From the IMG/VR virus record IMGVR_UViG_3300029913_001576: DNA of 64,000 nucleotides. One strand, written 5' to 3'. The stretch comes from an uncultured virus (IMG/VR IMGVR_UViG_3300029913_001576). Lineage: Duplodnaviria > Heunggongvirae > Uroviricota > Caudoviricetes. The notes under the pieces were generated by a model that searched no databases, was not told where the DNA came from, and saw only the letters and a program-made list of their open reading frames with translations. Shown here piece by piece: positions 30,115-40,988 of this stretch. The position numbers and the translations under genes are program-made. How positions within the stretch are numbered: position 1 is the first letter of the stretch; each line of letters begins with the position of its first letter.

Positions 30115-30351
30115 TCAGGCGGCGACGGCGACCGGGGATGCCTCGGCCGCGACCTTCACCGCGGTGGTCACCCGGAACTGGTGCGCACCGGCCTTGTTGC
30201 CGAAATAGGCCATGTTACCATGGTCCCCCCGGAGGGCCTTGCGGTAGTCCGCCGTGGTCACGACCTTGCCCTGTGTCATCGACCAGCAAAAGACGTAGGC
30301 CCAACCGGTGGGCGTGAGGATCTGAAGGACGGGCGTGCGTGAGGTAATCAT
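30115..30351 (-). CDS. small hypothetical protein
   Basis: start re-called by motif. Confidence 0.6.
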   Translation of the reverse strand: MITSRTPVLQILTPTGWAYVFCWSMTQGKVVTTADYRKALRGDHGNMAYFGNKAGAHQFRVTTAVKVAAEASPVAVAA

Positions 30352-30514
30352 GAGGCAAGATGGGGTCGCGGGTACTTCGGGCGCCGGGTCTGGGCTTCGA
30401 GCGCGGCCGCGTAGTCGCACCAGAGGCGGCACACGAGGGCCTGGGGCTTTCCGAGGTGCTCGGCCCAAGCGATGGCGCTCCTGAGGCGGGTGATGTCGGC
30501 GTCCATGGCGTGCC

Positions 30515-30808
30515 TTAGTGGCCCCGGCTGTCGCCGACCTTGACGTTGCGGACCCCGAGGCAGTCGCGGACGATGATCTCCGTCACCCCCCGGCGAAGCA
30601 GCTCGGCCCCTATGGCGTTCTCCCAGCGGCGGGCGTTGCCGCCGAAGACGCGGTCGAAGCCGGCGAAGGATTGGACACAGTCGAGGTACACCTGTTGCAG
30701 GTCCTCCAGCGTCTCCTTGCCGAGGGCCTCCTTCAGGGCACCGCTCTTCTCTCCTGCGGTGGTAAACTGCTGGCGGCTGCGGATCTCAAGCGGGGCGGTG
30801 GTGGGCAT
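30515..30808 (-). CDS. hypothetical protein, paralog of 32061-32357
   Basis: LG.ET.E.L...YLD...IG.ELLRRG. Confidence 0.7.
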   Translation of the reverse strand: MPTTAPLEIRSRQQFTTAGEKSGALKEALGKETLEDLQQVYLDCVQSFAGFDRVFGGNARRWENAIGAELLRRGVTEIIVRDCLGVRNVKVGDSRGH

Positions 30809-30847
30809 GGGCTAAGATGGGGGGGTCCCCCGGGGGTGGGTGATCTT

Positions 30848-31315
30848 TCAGGACACCCCCAGCCATCCGGCGAGGGTCGTGAGCTGCTGTGAGTCGAGCC
30901 GGTTCGCGAGGACGTTGACCACGATCACCGCCTCGTCATCGGCAAGCTCGTCCGCGATGGGGCGGGCCTGGAGCATGCGGGCCTTCAGGGCAGCCTCCCG
31001 GGCCTCGGTCAGGGCGCGCTCAGCGGCCTCCGACTCCTTGGCCTGGGCGATGTGCGCCGGATTCGCGCTGAGGTAGGCCACGGGGCCGTAGAGGTGCGCA
31101 AGGGTGCGTCCGGTGCCGGGGGCGTAAGCGCCGACATAGTGCGGCGAGCCCGCGCGGCGGGTGCGGATGCGGGCCGGCTCCACGCTGGAGACGAAGCAGG
31201 TCCGCCCGAGGGTGACGGCGCCGGCGGAGTCCACGAAGACGGAGACGACCTCGGAGCCAGGCTGAAGAATGGCGAGGTTGCCGAGGTCGGGTGCTGGGGC
31301 GTCGGTGGTGGACAT
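30848..31315 (-). CDS. hypothetical protein
   Basis: start re-called by motif. Confidence 0.65.
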   Translation of the reverse strand: MSTTDAPAPDLGNLAILQPGSEVVSVFVDSAGAVTLGRTCFVSSVEPARIRTRRAGSPHYVGAYAPGTGRTLAHLYGPVAYLSANPAHIAQAKESEAAERALTEAREAALKARMLQARPIADELADDEAVIVVNVLANRLDSQQLTTLAGWLGVS

Positions 31316-31341
31316 GCCCCAAGATGGGGCCTTTCCGCGGT

Positions 31342-32001
31342 TCAGCCCTCTTTGCTCACTCGTTCGAGATCGCTTACGATGGAGAGCACCGTGGCGCGGA
31401 TCGCGGCCGATCCGTACCGCACAACGACCTCCAGCTCTTCCTTGCCCTCTTGGTCGGCCATGGGGGACTGTCGAAGGTTCGCGAGCCGGCGCTTCAGGAG
31501 CCAGACCACAAAGCGGGCCATGACCCTCCGGCAGAGAAGCCGGACGTAGGCGGTCACGACCATGATGAAGGGGAAGGCGGGCAGGCTGACCAGTGCGCTG
31601 AGCCACACCGGGGCGCCCAAGCGCACGCAGATGCCCACCAGTGCCGCCCCGAATACGGCCATGGGGCCGATGACAGCGACCCCCTTCTTCAAGTCCGGAC
31701 TGTGCAGAAGCTCTTCGTTCCTTTCGGCATACCGGTTCAACGCGTCCAACTGCTCCGACAGGGTCTGGTCAAGTTGCGCGTTGGCCCGAACGCCTGACAG
31801 GTCATGGTGGGCATCGGCGAGAGTCCGGAGGGTCGGGGCGAGCTTGTCCCCTGCCGGCTTTGGCCCGCGCCATTTTTCGAAGAAGGCAACCACGGCCTCG
31901 GCTGAGTGCCGGTACGCCTCGGGCGGGCTGTCTTCGCGAAGGGTTTCGGCGGCGGTCCGCAATTGGGCGATGGCGTCTTTCGGGGGGAAGGTGGTGCTCA
32001 T
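31342..32001 (-). CDS. membrane protein
   Basis: two TM helices; class-2 motif. Confidence 0.65.
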   Translation of the reverse strand: MSTTFPPKDAIAQLRTAAETLREDSPPEAYRHSAEAVVAFFEKWRGPKPAGDKLAPTLRTLADAHHDLSGVRANAQLDQTLSEQLDALNRYAERNEELLHSPDLKKGVAVIGPMAVFGAALVGICVRLGAPVWLSALVSLPAFPFIMVVTAYVRLLCRRVMARFVVWLLKRRLANLRQSPMADQEGKEELEVVVRYGSAAIRATVLSIVSDLERVSKEG

Positions 32002-32060
32002 GATCGGTGGTTCCTAAAAGTATGTGGAGGGGCGGTCCAAATATCCGCCAAGCAGGCGCC

Positions 32061-32357
32061 CTATTGGGGCAGGGCGCCGAAGACCTCCACGATGTGGGGA
32101 TCGCCGCCATGGGTCGTCACCTTCAGCCTGTTGATGCCCCTGCGGAGGAGTTCGCCCCCGATCATGGACTTGAGCCTGCGGGCAGTGCGCTCGCTGCCAT
32201 GTCTCTCCCAGCAATAGCCACAAGCAAAGTCGAGGTAGCTGTAGGCAAGGGCCTCGGGTGTCTCGGCCCCGAGCGTTGCATTGAGGGGGGCGACCTGCGT
32301 CCCGGTGGCGGCGAGCCGCTCCTGGCCGCGAAGCTCAATTCGAATGTTGGATGGCAT
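32061..32357 (-). CDS. hypothetical protein, paralog of 30515-30808
   Basis: same shared motif; class-1 motif. Confidence 0.7.
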   Translation of the reverse strand: MPSNIRIELRGQERLAATGTQVAPLNATLGAETPEALAYSYLDFACGYCWERHGSERTARRLKSMIGGELLRRGINRLKVTTHGGDPHIVEVFGALPQ

Positions 32358-32529
32358 GCCCCAAGATGGGGTGGTGGACGGCGGTAACTAATTGGGGGCC
32401 AACGGATAGGGGTCCAATGTCAACTTTACCGGAAAACTTTACTTTCGCGGCGGGAAGGGTTGGCAGGCACCCGGAAGCACAGCGAGCGGGAGGCATTCGG
32501 TGGGTGCCGTCCCCCATACTTTAAGAACC

Positions 32530-32976
32530 ATGCAAATCGTAAGTTTCACCCAGTCCCGCGCCGTTGCCGTTCTCTCCGTCAACCTCACAGCCATCGTTGC
32601 CTTTGAGGCAAGAGACAAAGGTCCCAAGGGCAGCCCGGAAACCCGCCTTACAGTCATGGGCGGTGATGAGTATTTCGTCGCCGACACACCTGATGAGATC
32701 CAAAACGGGCTTCGCAAGTGCCTCGGTACGGTATTCGCAAAACTCACAAACGAGGATGGCAAGACGATCTATCTCAATCCCGCACTATTGGTAGCATTTG
32801 AGCGCAAGGCGCCCCAGGGGGCGCGCAGGGTGGTGACCGCGATCACCATGGCCGGTGCCAAAATGGGGGCCATTTCAATCAATGTCTTCGCTCATCCGTA
32901 TCGCGTGCGCGAGGACAGCGATCAAGTCGCCGTCGCCTTCAATGAGGCGAACCTGGCCGCTGTAGGAGGCGCTTGA
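32530..32976 (+). CDS. tandem FlbD-like domain protein
   Basis: FAKLT..DGKTIYLNP.L...E and V.(D/E)(T/D)..E(I/V) patterns twice; class-2 motif. Confidence 0.55.
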   Translation: MQIVSFTQSRAVAVLSVNLTAIVAFEARDKGPKGSPETRLTVMGGDEYFVADTPDEIQNGLRKCLGTVFAKLTNEDGKTIYLNPALLVAFERKAPQGARRVVTAITMAGAKMGAISINVFAHPYRVREDSDQVAVAFNEANLAAVGGA

Positions 32977-33054
32977 CCCATTGGCGCCGTCGCCAGTGTC
33001 CGTCCCCTCGCCTGCCTTGTGAGTGCCTTGCAACCATCCGGACGCCCCGAGGGG

Positions 33055-33705
33055 ATGAGCTTTCGGCCGATCATCGGAGAAAAGGACCTGGAGGCCGTTT
33101 ATCGGGCTGACGTGGCGGCCTACGCAGAAGAAGCGCTGCCGAAGGCACGTATCGCCGAGTGGTTGGCGAAATACCCGGACGGTGCCCTGATTGCCTGGGA
33201 CAACGACCGAGTCGCCGCCAGCATCGGCGTTTGGCCGCTGACTGAGGCCGCTTACCGCGGTCTGATCGACGGCACCCTGCACGAGGCGGACATCCAGCCC
33301 GAGAAATTCCCAGTGGTCACGAAAGAGAGCCCATGCGCGTATTGGACTTTGGCCGCCGTCTACGTCCATCCCGACTACAGGGGGTCTGATCTCCTCCCGG
33401 AACTCATGGCCCGCCGGTTCAGGCACCTTGCGCAGTCCGGCCACGCCTCGGAGCGAACCCACCTCCTCGGCCTGGCTCTAAGCGCAGGAGGGGAGCGCGT
33501 TCTTGCGAGGCTCGGATTCAAGCCCTCGGGACACGTGCGAGAGCACTTGCCGCCGCACGAACTTGCTTTCGACCACGAACAGCTCAGCGCGATGCCGCAG
33601 CGGATTCTGTCGGCCTATGCGCATCGAGCTGCCGAGCTTCGGCCGTTGCCGACCCCAAACAGTGCTCTTGCCCGAGCACTGAGCCCGGCCCAGTCCATCA
33701 GCTAA
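33055..33705 (+). CDS. GNAT-family acetyltransferase-like protein
   Basis: AVYVHPDYRG...LARLGF. Confidence 0.7.
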   Translation: MSFRPIIGEKDLEAVYRADVAAYAEEALPKARIAEWLAKYPDGALIAWDNDRVAASIGVWPLTEAAYRGLIDGTLHEADIQPEKFPVVTKESPCAYWTLAAVYVHPDYRGSDLLPELMARRFRHLAQSGHASERTHLLGLALSAGGERVLARLGFKPSGHVREHLPPHELAFDHEQLSAMPQRILSAYAHRAAELRPLPTPNSALARALSPAQSIS

Positions 33706-33746
33706 ACCGACACGCTGCCGGGCCTCCAGCGGGCGCCATGCCAGTG

Positions 33747-34904
33747 TCAGGCCGCTAGACCCGTTGCCGCTTGCAAACCCATCGCAGGCGTTACCCTCCA
33801 CTTGCGGTAAGGGGAGAATACTGTGCGGGCGCAGGGATGTAGCTCGAATGCGGCAACAAGCCCTAGCTTTCCATTGCCTCCCTTGGCGGCAACCCGCACC
33901 TCGGGGCTCATGAGGCCCGTCACGGCAAAAAGCCCTGTGGAGTCGTAGATGTCGATCTCGGAGCGGGCCGGCTCGGACGTGAACCGCGGCGTATTGAGCA
34001 TGATTCCGCAAAGGTCACTGTCCCTCCCGTAGATTCGAAAACCGGCATCGCCACATGAGAAGGTGCGCACCACCCGGTGGTTTTTGAGCAGGAACTGGGT
34101 GACAAGGTCCTGCATGAATTCTGCGTTCTCCTCAAACACGTTGGTCGCGAGTTGCGACTTCGTTAGCTCCCAAGCAAGAATGGTCTCGCCGCCATAGTGA
34201 CGACCAATCCCGTCAGGCCATCGCCAAAGCCCGAGGCTTAAGGTCTGCTGCACGACTAACCCGAGGTCCTGACGGAACGTGTAGGCAAACTCAAGAGGGT
34301 ACCCCTTTAGTTCGATGGTCCGGTAGCATGTCGGAGGGCCAAACCTCTTCTTCGCCTCGTCGAGTGCCGCGATCCTTAGAGGTAGCCCGTGCCCATCTTC
34401 CCACCTGTAAGCAGAGAAGGATGCCTCCTCTAGCGCCTTGTTTGTCGTCTTCCATCGCTCGGTAAGGGGGTAGTAGACCTCCGGCATGATAAAGAGCGGC
34501 TTAGCGTCTTCACGGACGACGATTGCGATAGGGTGCAGGTGCCTACTGCCCGTGACTTTTTCGAGCATCAAGGAAAACTGACATTGGGTGCCGGTAACGC
34601 CCTTCTCGTCGGATGCAGCATCACGGTTGTAATTTTCAGAGGTTGCCTCAAGCGAAACCGGAAGCACGGGGACCGTGTCCCCGCTTGGCGTGTCATGCGC
34701 ATGCATCGAGAATACGATGTCGAAACCGGTCTTCTTACGGTTGGAAGGCATGAGCCACGGGATGAAAATGTCGCAGCTCATGAGTTCCCAAAGAGCATCG
34801 TGGTCGATCTCCCCGATTTCGGCGGCCCTTGAGAACCGCTGCTTAAGGGTTTCAGACGCGGTATAGATTGCTGAGTGACCCTGTTTGGGTGCGGGGGAAG
34901 ACAT
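33747..34904 (-). CDS. hypothetical protein
   Basis: 385-aa ORF. Confidence 0.7.
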   Translation of the reverse strand: MSSPAPKQGHSAIYTASETLKQRFSRAAEIGEIDHDALWELMSCDIFIPWLMPSNRKKTGFDIVFSMHAHDTPSGDTVPVLPVSLEATSENYNRDAASDEKGVTGTQCQFSLMLEKVTGSRHLHPIAIVVREDAKPLFIMPEVYYPLTERWKTTNKALEEASFSAYRWEDGHGLPLRIAALDEAKKRFGPPTCYRTIELKGYPLEFAYTFRQDLGLVVQQTLSLGLWRWPDGIGRHYGGETILAWELTKSQLATNVFEENAEFMQDLVTQFLLKNHRVVRTFSCGDAGFRIYGRDSDLCGIMLNTPRFTSEPARSEIDIYDSTGLFAVTGLMSPEVRVAAKGGNGKLGLVAAFELHPCARTVFSPYRKWRVTPAMGLQAATGLAA

Positions 34905-34937
34905 AAGGGTGAAGAGGTGAAGGGTTATGGTAGGGGT

Positions 34938-35546
34938 TCAATAGCTCCGAAATGCGGGATCATGGACGGCGCCATCTGGTTCAACATAGGTGCTCCGGTA
35001 GTAAGCGGCTCCTCTTTGGATCGTCTCAGGGCCAACAGGGCACTCGGGGAAAATCAGCGCCCAATGTGCAGCTATCAGGTGCTCGCCTTCGGCTAAGTTG
35101 TCTTCAGAAGAAACCGGGAGGCATTTGATGCATTTTCCGCTCGGTTTCGTCCGGAGGCGCCATGAGGACGCCAAAGGGGCTTCAGAGGCGGATACCGTGC
35201 TGAGACGGTAGAAATTGGGTGCGTCGGGGCGTGCAGTTCCGGCAGCGAACCTGGTAGAAGGGATCGCGACCGACACGGCAGCGCAGTGGTTCAGTTCGGC
35301 CAACCGTCGTAGTTCCCGAGCCATAAGCTCGCCTGGGATGCTCATCTCGGCCGCCCGCAACATCCTGAAGGTGATTGGCAGTCCCGGTTTGCCAAAAACC
35401 TGAAGCGCTGGCACCCAACGGTCGTCGCGGAAGAAGCTCGTGACCAATTGGAGGACTTTGTCGTGGAGATCGCGCGGCGTTGTGTACTCGGACCCCGCGA
35501 GGCGGTTCATCATCGAGGCTGTCGATGGGTTAAGGGAGGCTGCCAT
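34938..35546 (-). CDS. hypothetical protein
   Basis: class-2 motif. Confidence 0.65.
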   Translation of the reverse strand: MAASLNPSTASMMNRLAGSEYTTPRDLHDKVLQLVTSFFRDDRWVPALQVFGKPGLPITFRMLRAAEMSIPGELMARELRRLAELNHCAAVSVAIPSTRFAAGTARPDAPNFYRLSTVSASEAPLASSWRLRTKPSGKCIKCLPVSSEDNLAEGEHLIAAHWALIFPECPVGPETIQRGAAYYRSTYVEPDGAVHDPAFRSY

Positions 35547-35597
35547 ATAAGAAGTATGGGGGGCGCTGTGGGGTGAATTGATGCCGGCCGACGCATC

Positions 35598-36332
35598 TCA
35601 GGGGGCTATGGCGTGGGCTTCGGGGGAGGGGGTCGTCTCATTCGTGGCGGGGGTGTGTTCGGCAGTGGCCTCCCCGGATGACGGCTCTGCGGCGGCTTGT
35701 GCAGGTGCAGCGGTCGGATCTATCTTGGACCTCCTCGGCTTTGTGGCCTTTTTCACGGGTGTGTTTCCGGTACGCATCGGCATCAGAATCCCTCCGGGGA
35801 TCTCAGCCATCCGATCCCACGCGGCATCCCTATCGTGGATAAGAATTGCTGACGTGGAATCCTTCATTTTTAGGGTGATATGGGTGGTGCCAAGGGCAGC
35901 TGCGACCTCCTGGAGAAGCTCGATGTCGATAGACACGGAATGCCGGTATCCGCGTGCGTCGGGAATCACATAGGGCCGCCAAGGCTTCGGTTGCGGCCAG
36001 GGGATGGTAGAATCCTTCGTAGCAACGGCCCTGGGTTCTGTGGTCATGTTTCGGTGGACTATGCGTTCCATGGCCAGAAGCTCAGCAGGCTTGTCCGGCT
36101 CACTGAGTTTCCGGGCCGTCTCCAATGCACTTGCTGGGATAAACCCGGACGTGTCGCCGTCCTCCACTTCAACCGGAAAGCACACAATATGGCGGCCGGA
36201 TGTCGCGACGATGTGGCCTTTCCTCGTCCCGCGCGCACCTTGCTGTGAGATTTCCAGGTACGGCGCAGCTATCGTGCGTTCGAGGCGGTCTGTGATGAGG
36301 CTCTCTGGCTTGAGGTGTTTTGGGATTTTCAT
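35598..36332 (-). CDS. truncated beta-clamp (DnaN)-like protein
   Basis: IVATSGRHI (cf. VATDGHRL); C-terminal IDIELLQEV...ITLKMKDSTSAILI...ILMPMR. Confidence 0.55.
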   Translation of the reverse strand: MKIPKHLKPESLITDRLERTIAAPYLEISQQGARGTRKGHIVATSGRHIVCFPVEVEDGDTSGFIPASALETARKLSEPDKPAELLAMERIVHRNMTTEPRAVATKDSTIPWPQPKPWRPYVIPDARGYRHSVSIDIELLQEVAAALGTTHITLKMKDSTSAILIHDRDAAWDRMAEIPGGILMPMRTGNTPVKKATKPRRSKIDPTAAPAQAAAEPSSGEATAEHTPATNETTPSPEAHAIAP

Positions 36333-36992
36333 GACGCGTGTTCTTAAAAGTATGGGGAGCTTCTCCTAGGGAATCGTTCAGAGGGTAGCCCAACCGGTTG
36401 CGACACGTCGTGTTGCGTTACTTGTTACAATCCGTTCGGTACACGCAGGTTCGGGCTTTTAGGAGCCGATGGCGCGTCGCTGCTTCATCCCCCAACAGGG
36501 CAAATGGCCGAAAAAATCCTCGGATTTTCCAGCGATTCTACGCATTGGGGGTGGGCTCCGCGGAGAGCTGCTGGTCCACAAGCGAGCCATTCACGCTCTG
36601 GCGCAGTTTGCGCGCTCGTAGGCGGAGCATCTCGATGTCCTCCCCGGGCAATCGGGTGACTTCAAACCAGTTCTCTGCGCCCTCCAGAATCGCGATGAGA
36701 TGGAGGGAGCGTGTGTGAGAAAGCGGGAGAGTGAACCTTCCGCTGTTAACCAATGAGGCTAAGGAAGCCCCGTCGTATAGTGTTTTCATGTGCGTAGCGT
36801 GACGGCTCTCGCTGGCGATGCGCTTCCCTGCACCTCAGCTCAAACCGTCCTAGCTAGCAGATGAGAACGAATGGTTTGGTCAGTCCTTCTTGTCCGGTCC
36901 CTTTCGGGTGGAAGCGGTGGAGGCGAAGGCGACCTTAAAGGAAGCAAAAAGCGCCAGAGGAGCAGTAGTCGAGAAAAAACGAGCCAGCGTCG

Positions 36993-37730
36993 TCAGTCTG
37001 GAGCATTGTCTGCCTCGACGGATTCAACCCGGACACGGAGTATTGCCACCAGCTTCCATATCCCGTCGGAAGGGAAATCCCTCGCCTTGATTCGGCAGCG
37101 ACTCGTACGCGCAGTTATATAGGGGTTGGTTCTGGGGGAGCGGATAACAAGCTTTTCCTCCCACCCCTCCGCAATAATCTGTTCAGGGTCATTGAGGTCG
37201 AGGTAGGTGATCTCGACCGGCGAGCCGTGCTTCGGATGTGTCAGTCTTACGGACTTCCCACCAAATCCGCCCAGTTCGAATACAGGGTCGCCGCACTGTT
37301 TGTTCCATCGGCCGGCAAGCAATTTGAGACGGTCCAGTGCAACCTTCTTGCTGGCGACCTCCACGTCCTTGCTTAGGACCGCGGCGTTCGGATGCCTCGC
37401 AAAGCCATGAGCCCAGTAGTAGGCACCTCCCAGCTCGATGACGATGTCGAGGAACCCGTCCTCGTGCTGAATCGGCGTCACCCACCCAAAAGCCTTCGCG
37501 CCATCCCGCAAGAGCCCAAAACTCGGGCCGCCTTCGTGCTGCTTCCGGTCCATCCCTGCTCCGAAATCAAGATCGGATTCACGCAACCGTACCAGCGCCA
37601 TCTCATAGAGCAGTCGGGTCTCGATGTCGGATTCGGCAACCAGCTCGGTCACCCGCACCTTGTCGTTCATCTTGAGCGGCTCATCGCGCATCCATACGGA
37701 GATATTTATATCACGGGGTTGTGTCTTCAC
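36993..37730 (-). CDS. hypothetical protein
   Basis: 245-aa ORF. Confidence 0.65.
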   Translation of the reverse strand: MKTQPRDINISVWMRDEPLKMNDKVRVTELVAESDIETRLLYEMALVRLRESDLDFGAGMDRKQHEGGPSFGLLRDGAKAFGWVTPIQHEDGFLDIVIELGGAYYWAHGFARHPNAAVLSKDVEVASKKVALDRLKLLAGRWNKQCGDPVFELGGFGGKSVRLTHPKHGSPVEITYLDLNDPEQIIAEGWEEKLVIRSPRTNPYITARTSRCRIKARDFPSDGIWKLVAILRVRVESVEADNAPD

Positions 37731-37867
37731 GGGTGGGAATCGTTGAATTCAAGCCGCGCGGCAGGCAAACATAACCAACCTCGGTCCGCAGTAAGGAGTG
37801 CAGTGTTCATTAGCCCAAGTTGGGATAGTTGGCCCGCGCGATTGCAAAGCGACAAAGCGTGCAGGTG

Positions 37868-40093
37868 TCAGGCAGCTGCGTCCGCAGCGCTCTCGGGCTT
37901 GTTGACGTAGATGGGCCAAATGAAGATCCGCTTCGTGAGGGTGCGCCCCGGGCCATGCGGCTGCTGGCGATGGTGACCCCGGCGCCAGTGTGGCGTCACC
38001 GTAGTTCCCCTCCGGGCGTCCCTGGCGCTTTGCGCCAGGTCGTTGCGCAGGGTCGCCGTCCCGGGTGTCTTGGGGATAGATAGCACGCGCGGGCTATAGA
38101 GCGCCTCTTTTACGACAGCGTTGCCATGACGCTTCTCGTGTCGAAGCAGATGCTCGGCGCCTGTAGCCGCAGGAAAGTGCATCAGGAACACGAGTGCCTT
38201 GAATGCGAGAAGCACCGCCTTAAGCCTGTCATCGTTTTCGGCGCGCGTGCAACCCTCCGCGATTTTGCCGAGCTTGTGGTAATCGGGGCAAATGCTGCGA
38301 ATCTCGTTCCGGTCTGCTTCACTATAGCCAAACGCCACCCAATCGGAGGTTTCGGGGCGTATTTTTGGACCCCTGTGGGTTACGGGTCCAACGCACCCCT
38401 CTTCGATTTCATCCCCCTTGTCGAACCGTGCCAGGGTGATCCACGACTTGCCAGCACTCGACCCCTCCGAGAAGCAGAAGGTGATACCGGGGAAGGGCCA
38501 CGGTTCAGACAGGATGTCCAGATCAGTGTCGAAGTCGGTTAGGTCCAGCACCTTGGCGAGCGACTCGCTGACATGCACGATCTGGTTGCCCGTTCGCAAG
38601 GCAATCGCCGTCGCCGTATAACCCAGGTGGTCATTCATATCTAGGTCCTCGATCACCCGGGCAGAGTCCCGAAGAGTCATAGACTGACGAAAGTAGATTT
38701 CAGAGGGCGTAGGGAACCCTTTTGCCACCCTAAGCCTCTTCGGCTCGATGTGTTTCGCGAATCCGTTATATCTTTCGCGGAGACCCTTCCAGCAGTCTCG
38801 CAGGCTCGAATCGGAGAATGTTCCCCTGGATGCATCGCCGACCCGAAAGAGCAGGTGAAACCCAATAAGCGCCGCAGCTCTGCACATCGCTGTGTCTCCA
38901 TTGTGGGAATGGTTGCCGGGGTCCGCAGCCTGGGCATGGAGATCGCCTTCGATGGGGCACTCAAAAGAGATGCTACCTTTGAGCTGCCCAGGTCCTACAG
39001 GCATGAACATGGCGAAAAAATGACTCCGCTTAGCGGTGAAAAAAGGCGCCCCCATGTGCGCCGTGGGGAACCGAAACCGGTCACCGGCTACGACCATGCA
39101 CGCGTGGAGTAGTCCAGGTTGGCCAAACGGATTCTCCGTATCGGAGAGCCACACGCTCAATGCATCAGAATCCTCAACAGCGTTGAACCATTGAGCGGTG
39201 CGAGTCGGGAGGTCCTTCTCGATCTGCGCGAACTGGTCGCGGCCAATAGGCCCGCACCTTCCAACCTTTTTCGAGCAAAGCACCGAGGCTACGCGTACGT
39301 AAGCGCGAGGGTTTAGGGCGATTCCTTCGCGCTCCTCCGCTATTTCACCCACAAAGTCACGAAATCGCTCCCTTGCTGACGCCGGCCCGTTGACGTTGTA
39401 GCACCCGAGATATGAGGCCGCGCTAATGCTGGACACGAGGGAGAGAGTCTTTTCGAGCGGAACAGAGTGTCGCGCGCAGAATACCTCGGCGTGCGCTCTT
39501 GTGAGGTTAACTGCGGCGTGGAGGTTACGCAGGGCGACTAAATCGTTCCCTGTGGCTCCGTTGTGATTACTTGCAAATGCGGATTCGAAGGCACCCCTAA
39601 CAATCTGCTCCGGGAGAACGCTCTCGGGATGCAAGTCGCCAAAAGCCACGCGTTCCCGAGTGATCTGGTCAGTGGTGTTCGAGAGATAGGACCCAGAGTC
39701 TTCTTCCCAAAAATCGTTTGCGCGGTCATCCATGATCTTGCCGCCAGGGACGCTGTTCTTGATATACTCGCGGGCAGCGGATGTCCCAAGGGCGTTGTCA
39801 ACATCGTCTGCGGCGACTGCAATAGCGCCGTCCGAGTGGCGCCCGCGAGGCAACCTCGGGTGCTGATCGAGCGTAGATATGTAGTCCTTGATATGGGAGA
39901 TCCTCCAGACACCTTGGATTTCGGCGGGCACACCATGGCTTGATCCCACGAGGATCGGATTGGGGATGCAGACAAGGGCAGGCAGCCGCTCGATTGCCTG
40001 TGCCAGGGCCTCGACGTTCCCTCCGAGAACCGCCTGCTCAATTGCTTTACGAACAGGTGACGCGATATGTTTTGAAATTATTGGGGAATTCAT
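37868..40093 (-). CDS. large hypothetical protein with C-terminal HWRRGH motif
   Basis: PHWRRGHHRQQPHGP...IWP; start re-called near motif at 40111. Confidence 0.7.
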   Translation of the reverse strand: MNSPIISKHIASPVRKAIEQAVLGGNVEALAQAIERLPALVCIPNPILVGSSHGVPAEIQGVWRISHIKDYISTLDQHPRLPRGRHSDGAIAVAADDVDNALGTSAAREYIKNSVPGGKIMDDRANDFWEEDSGSYLSNTTDQITRERVAFGDLHPESVLPEQIVRGAFESAFASNHNGATGNDLVALRNLHAAVNLTRAHAEVFCARHSVPLEKTLSLVSSISAASYLGCYNVNGPASARERFRDFVGEIAEEREGIALNPRAYVRVASVLCSKKVGRCGPIGRDQFAQIEKDLPTRTAQWFNAVEDSDALSVWLSDTENPFGQPGLLHACMVVAGDRFRFPTAHMGAPFFTAKRSHFFAMFMPVGPGQLKGSISFECPIEGDLHAQAADPGNHSHNGDTAMCRAAALIGFHLLFRVGDASRGTFSDSSLRDCWKGLRERYNGFAKHIEPKRLRVAKGFPTPSEIYFRQSMTLRDSARVIEDLDMNDHLGYTATAIALRTGNQIVHVSESLAKVLDLTDFDTDLDILSEPWPFPGITFCFSEGSSAGKSWITLARFDKGDEIEEGCVGPVTHRGPKIRPETSDWVAFGYSEADRNEIRSICPDYHKLGKIAEGCTRAENDDRLKAVLLAFKALVFLMHFPAATGAEHLLRHEKRHGNAVVKEALYSPRVLSIPKTPGTATLRNDLAQSARDARRGTTVTPHWRRGHHRQQPHGPGRTLTKRIFIWPIYVNKPESAADAAA

Positions 40094-40197
40094 GAGAAGA
40101 GCGCTCGGTTTAAGATGGTAGAGTGCTGGCGAGGGATTTCCCCAGATGGTGAAAAGGGAGGAATGGCGTATTGTCGTCCGTAAGGGGGCGTCGGCTC

Positions 40198-40935
40198 CTA
40201 ATGTGTCATGCACCACGTCCCAAAGATCCCGACGACCTTTGCGTAGATAAGGGCGCCCTTGGCAATTGCGCGGATGTCGCGGCGTATCTCGCGATAATAA
40301 GGCCCGTCGATCCACGCTGAAGTGCCTGTGTTTCCGCGCGTCAGTGCGTAGTAGACGTGGTCCATGTCCATAAGTGTCTCGTGGCAATCGTATCTACCAC
40401 TGCCATCGTCCTTGCGCCGGACGTATTTTAGGAGTTCCGCGCCCGCGCGGCTAAAGGAGGCCAGTGTCCCGCGCGCGCCCGCCAAGGAGGGTTCATCTGC
40501 GGGGACGGACACGAGAAGTTTGTCCAGCGTCTTATGCGCAGCGAGAAGCGCGGCCGCGTCGGTGAAACGCTTCTCGTTGATTACGGCGGTCCGCTTGTCG
40601 GCCGGGACGAAGTGAACCCCGTGCGTTTCCAGGAGGGCACGGAGCTTGTCTGCGTGCCATTTCCAGTAGGTCGAGGGGCGGGGCTTATCGGGGTTGGTGA
40701 CGTAGCCAAGGCCGGCGTCCTCGTGCAAGGCGAACTGGTAGGCAATGTGGTCGCGAATTGCCTCCTCAGAGGGAATGCCGCCCTTGCGCGAGCGAATGCC
40801 AAGATCATCGAGGACTTTCAAAAACGCGGGGGAGGTCATCCCGTAGGCACGGGCCTGGGAAGTAATCGACTTGTATCGAGCGGCGTCGGCGGGAGGCGGT
40901 GGAACGACGGGCGGATGTGGTTCTGGGAGGTACAT
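40198..40935 (-). CDS. hypothetical protein
   Basis: CCCATAATT upstream of MYLPEPH. Confidence 0.65.
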   Translation of the reverse strand: MYLPEPHPPVVPPPPADAARYKSITSQARAYGMTSPAFLKVLDDLGIRSRKGGIPSEEAIRDHIAYQFALHEDAGLGYVTNPDKPRPSTYWKWHADKLRALLETHGVHFVPADKRTAVINEKRFTDAAALLAAHKTLDKLLVSVPADEPSLAGARGTLASFSRAGAELLKYVRRKDDGSGRYDCHETLMDMDHVYYALTRGNTGTSAWIDGPYYREIRRDIRAIAKGALIYAKVVGIFGTWCMTH

Positions 40936-40988
40936 GATAGGAATTATGGGGGGATTCACATGGGGAATCGCGCAGGAGTGCCATCCAA

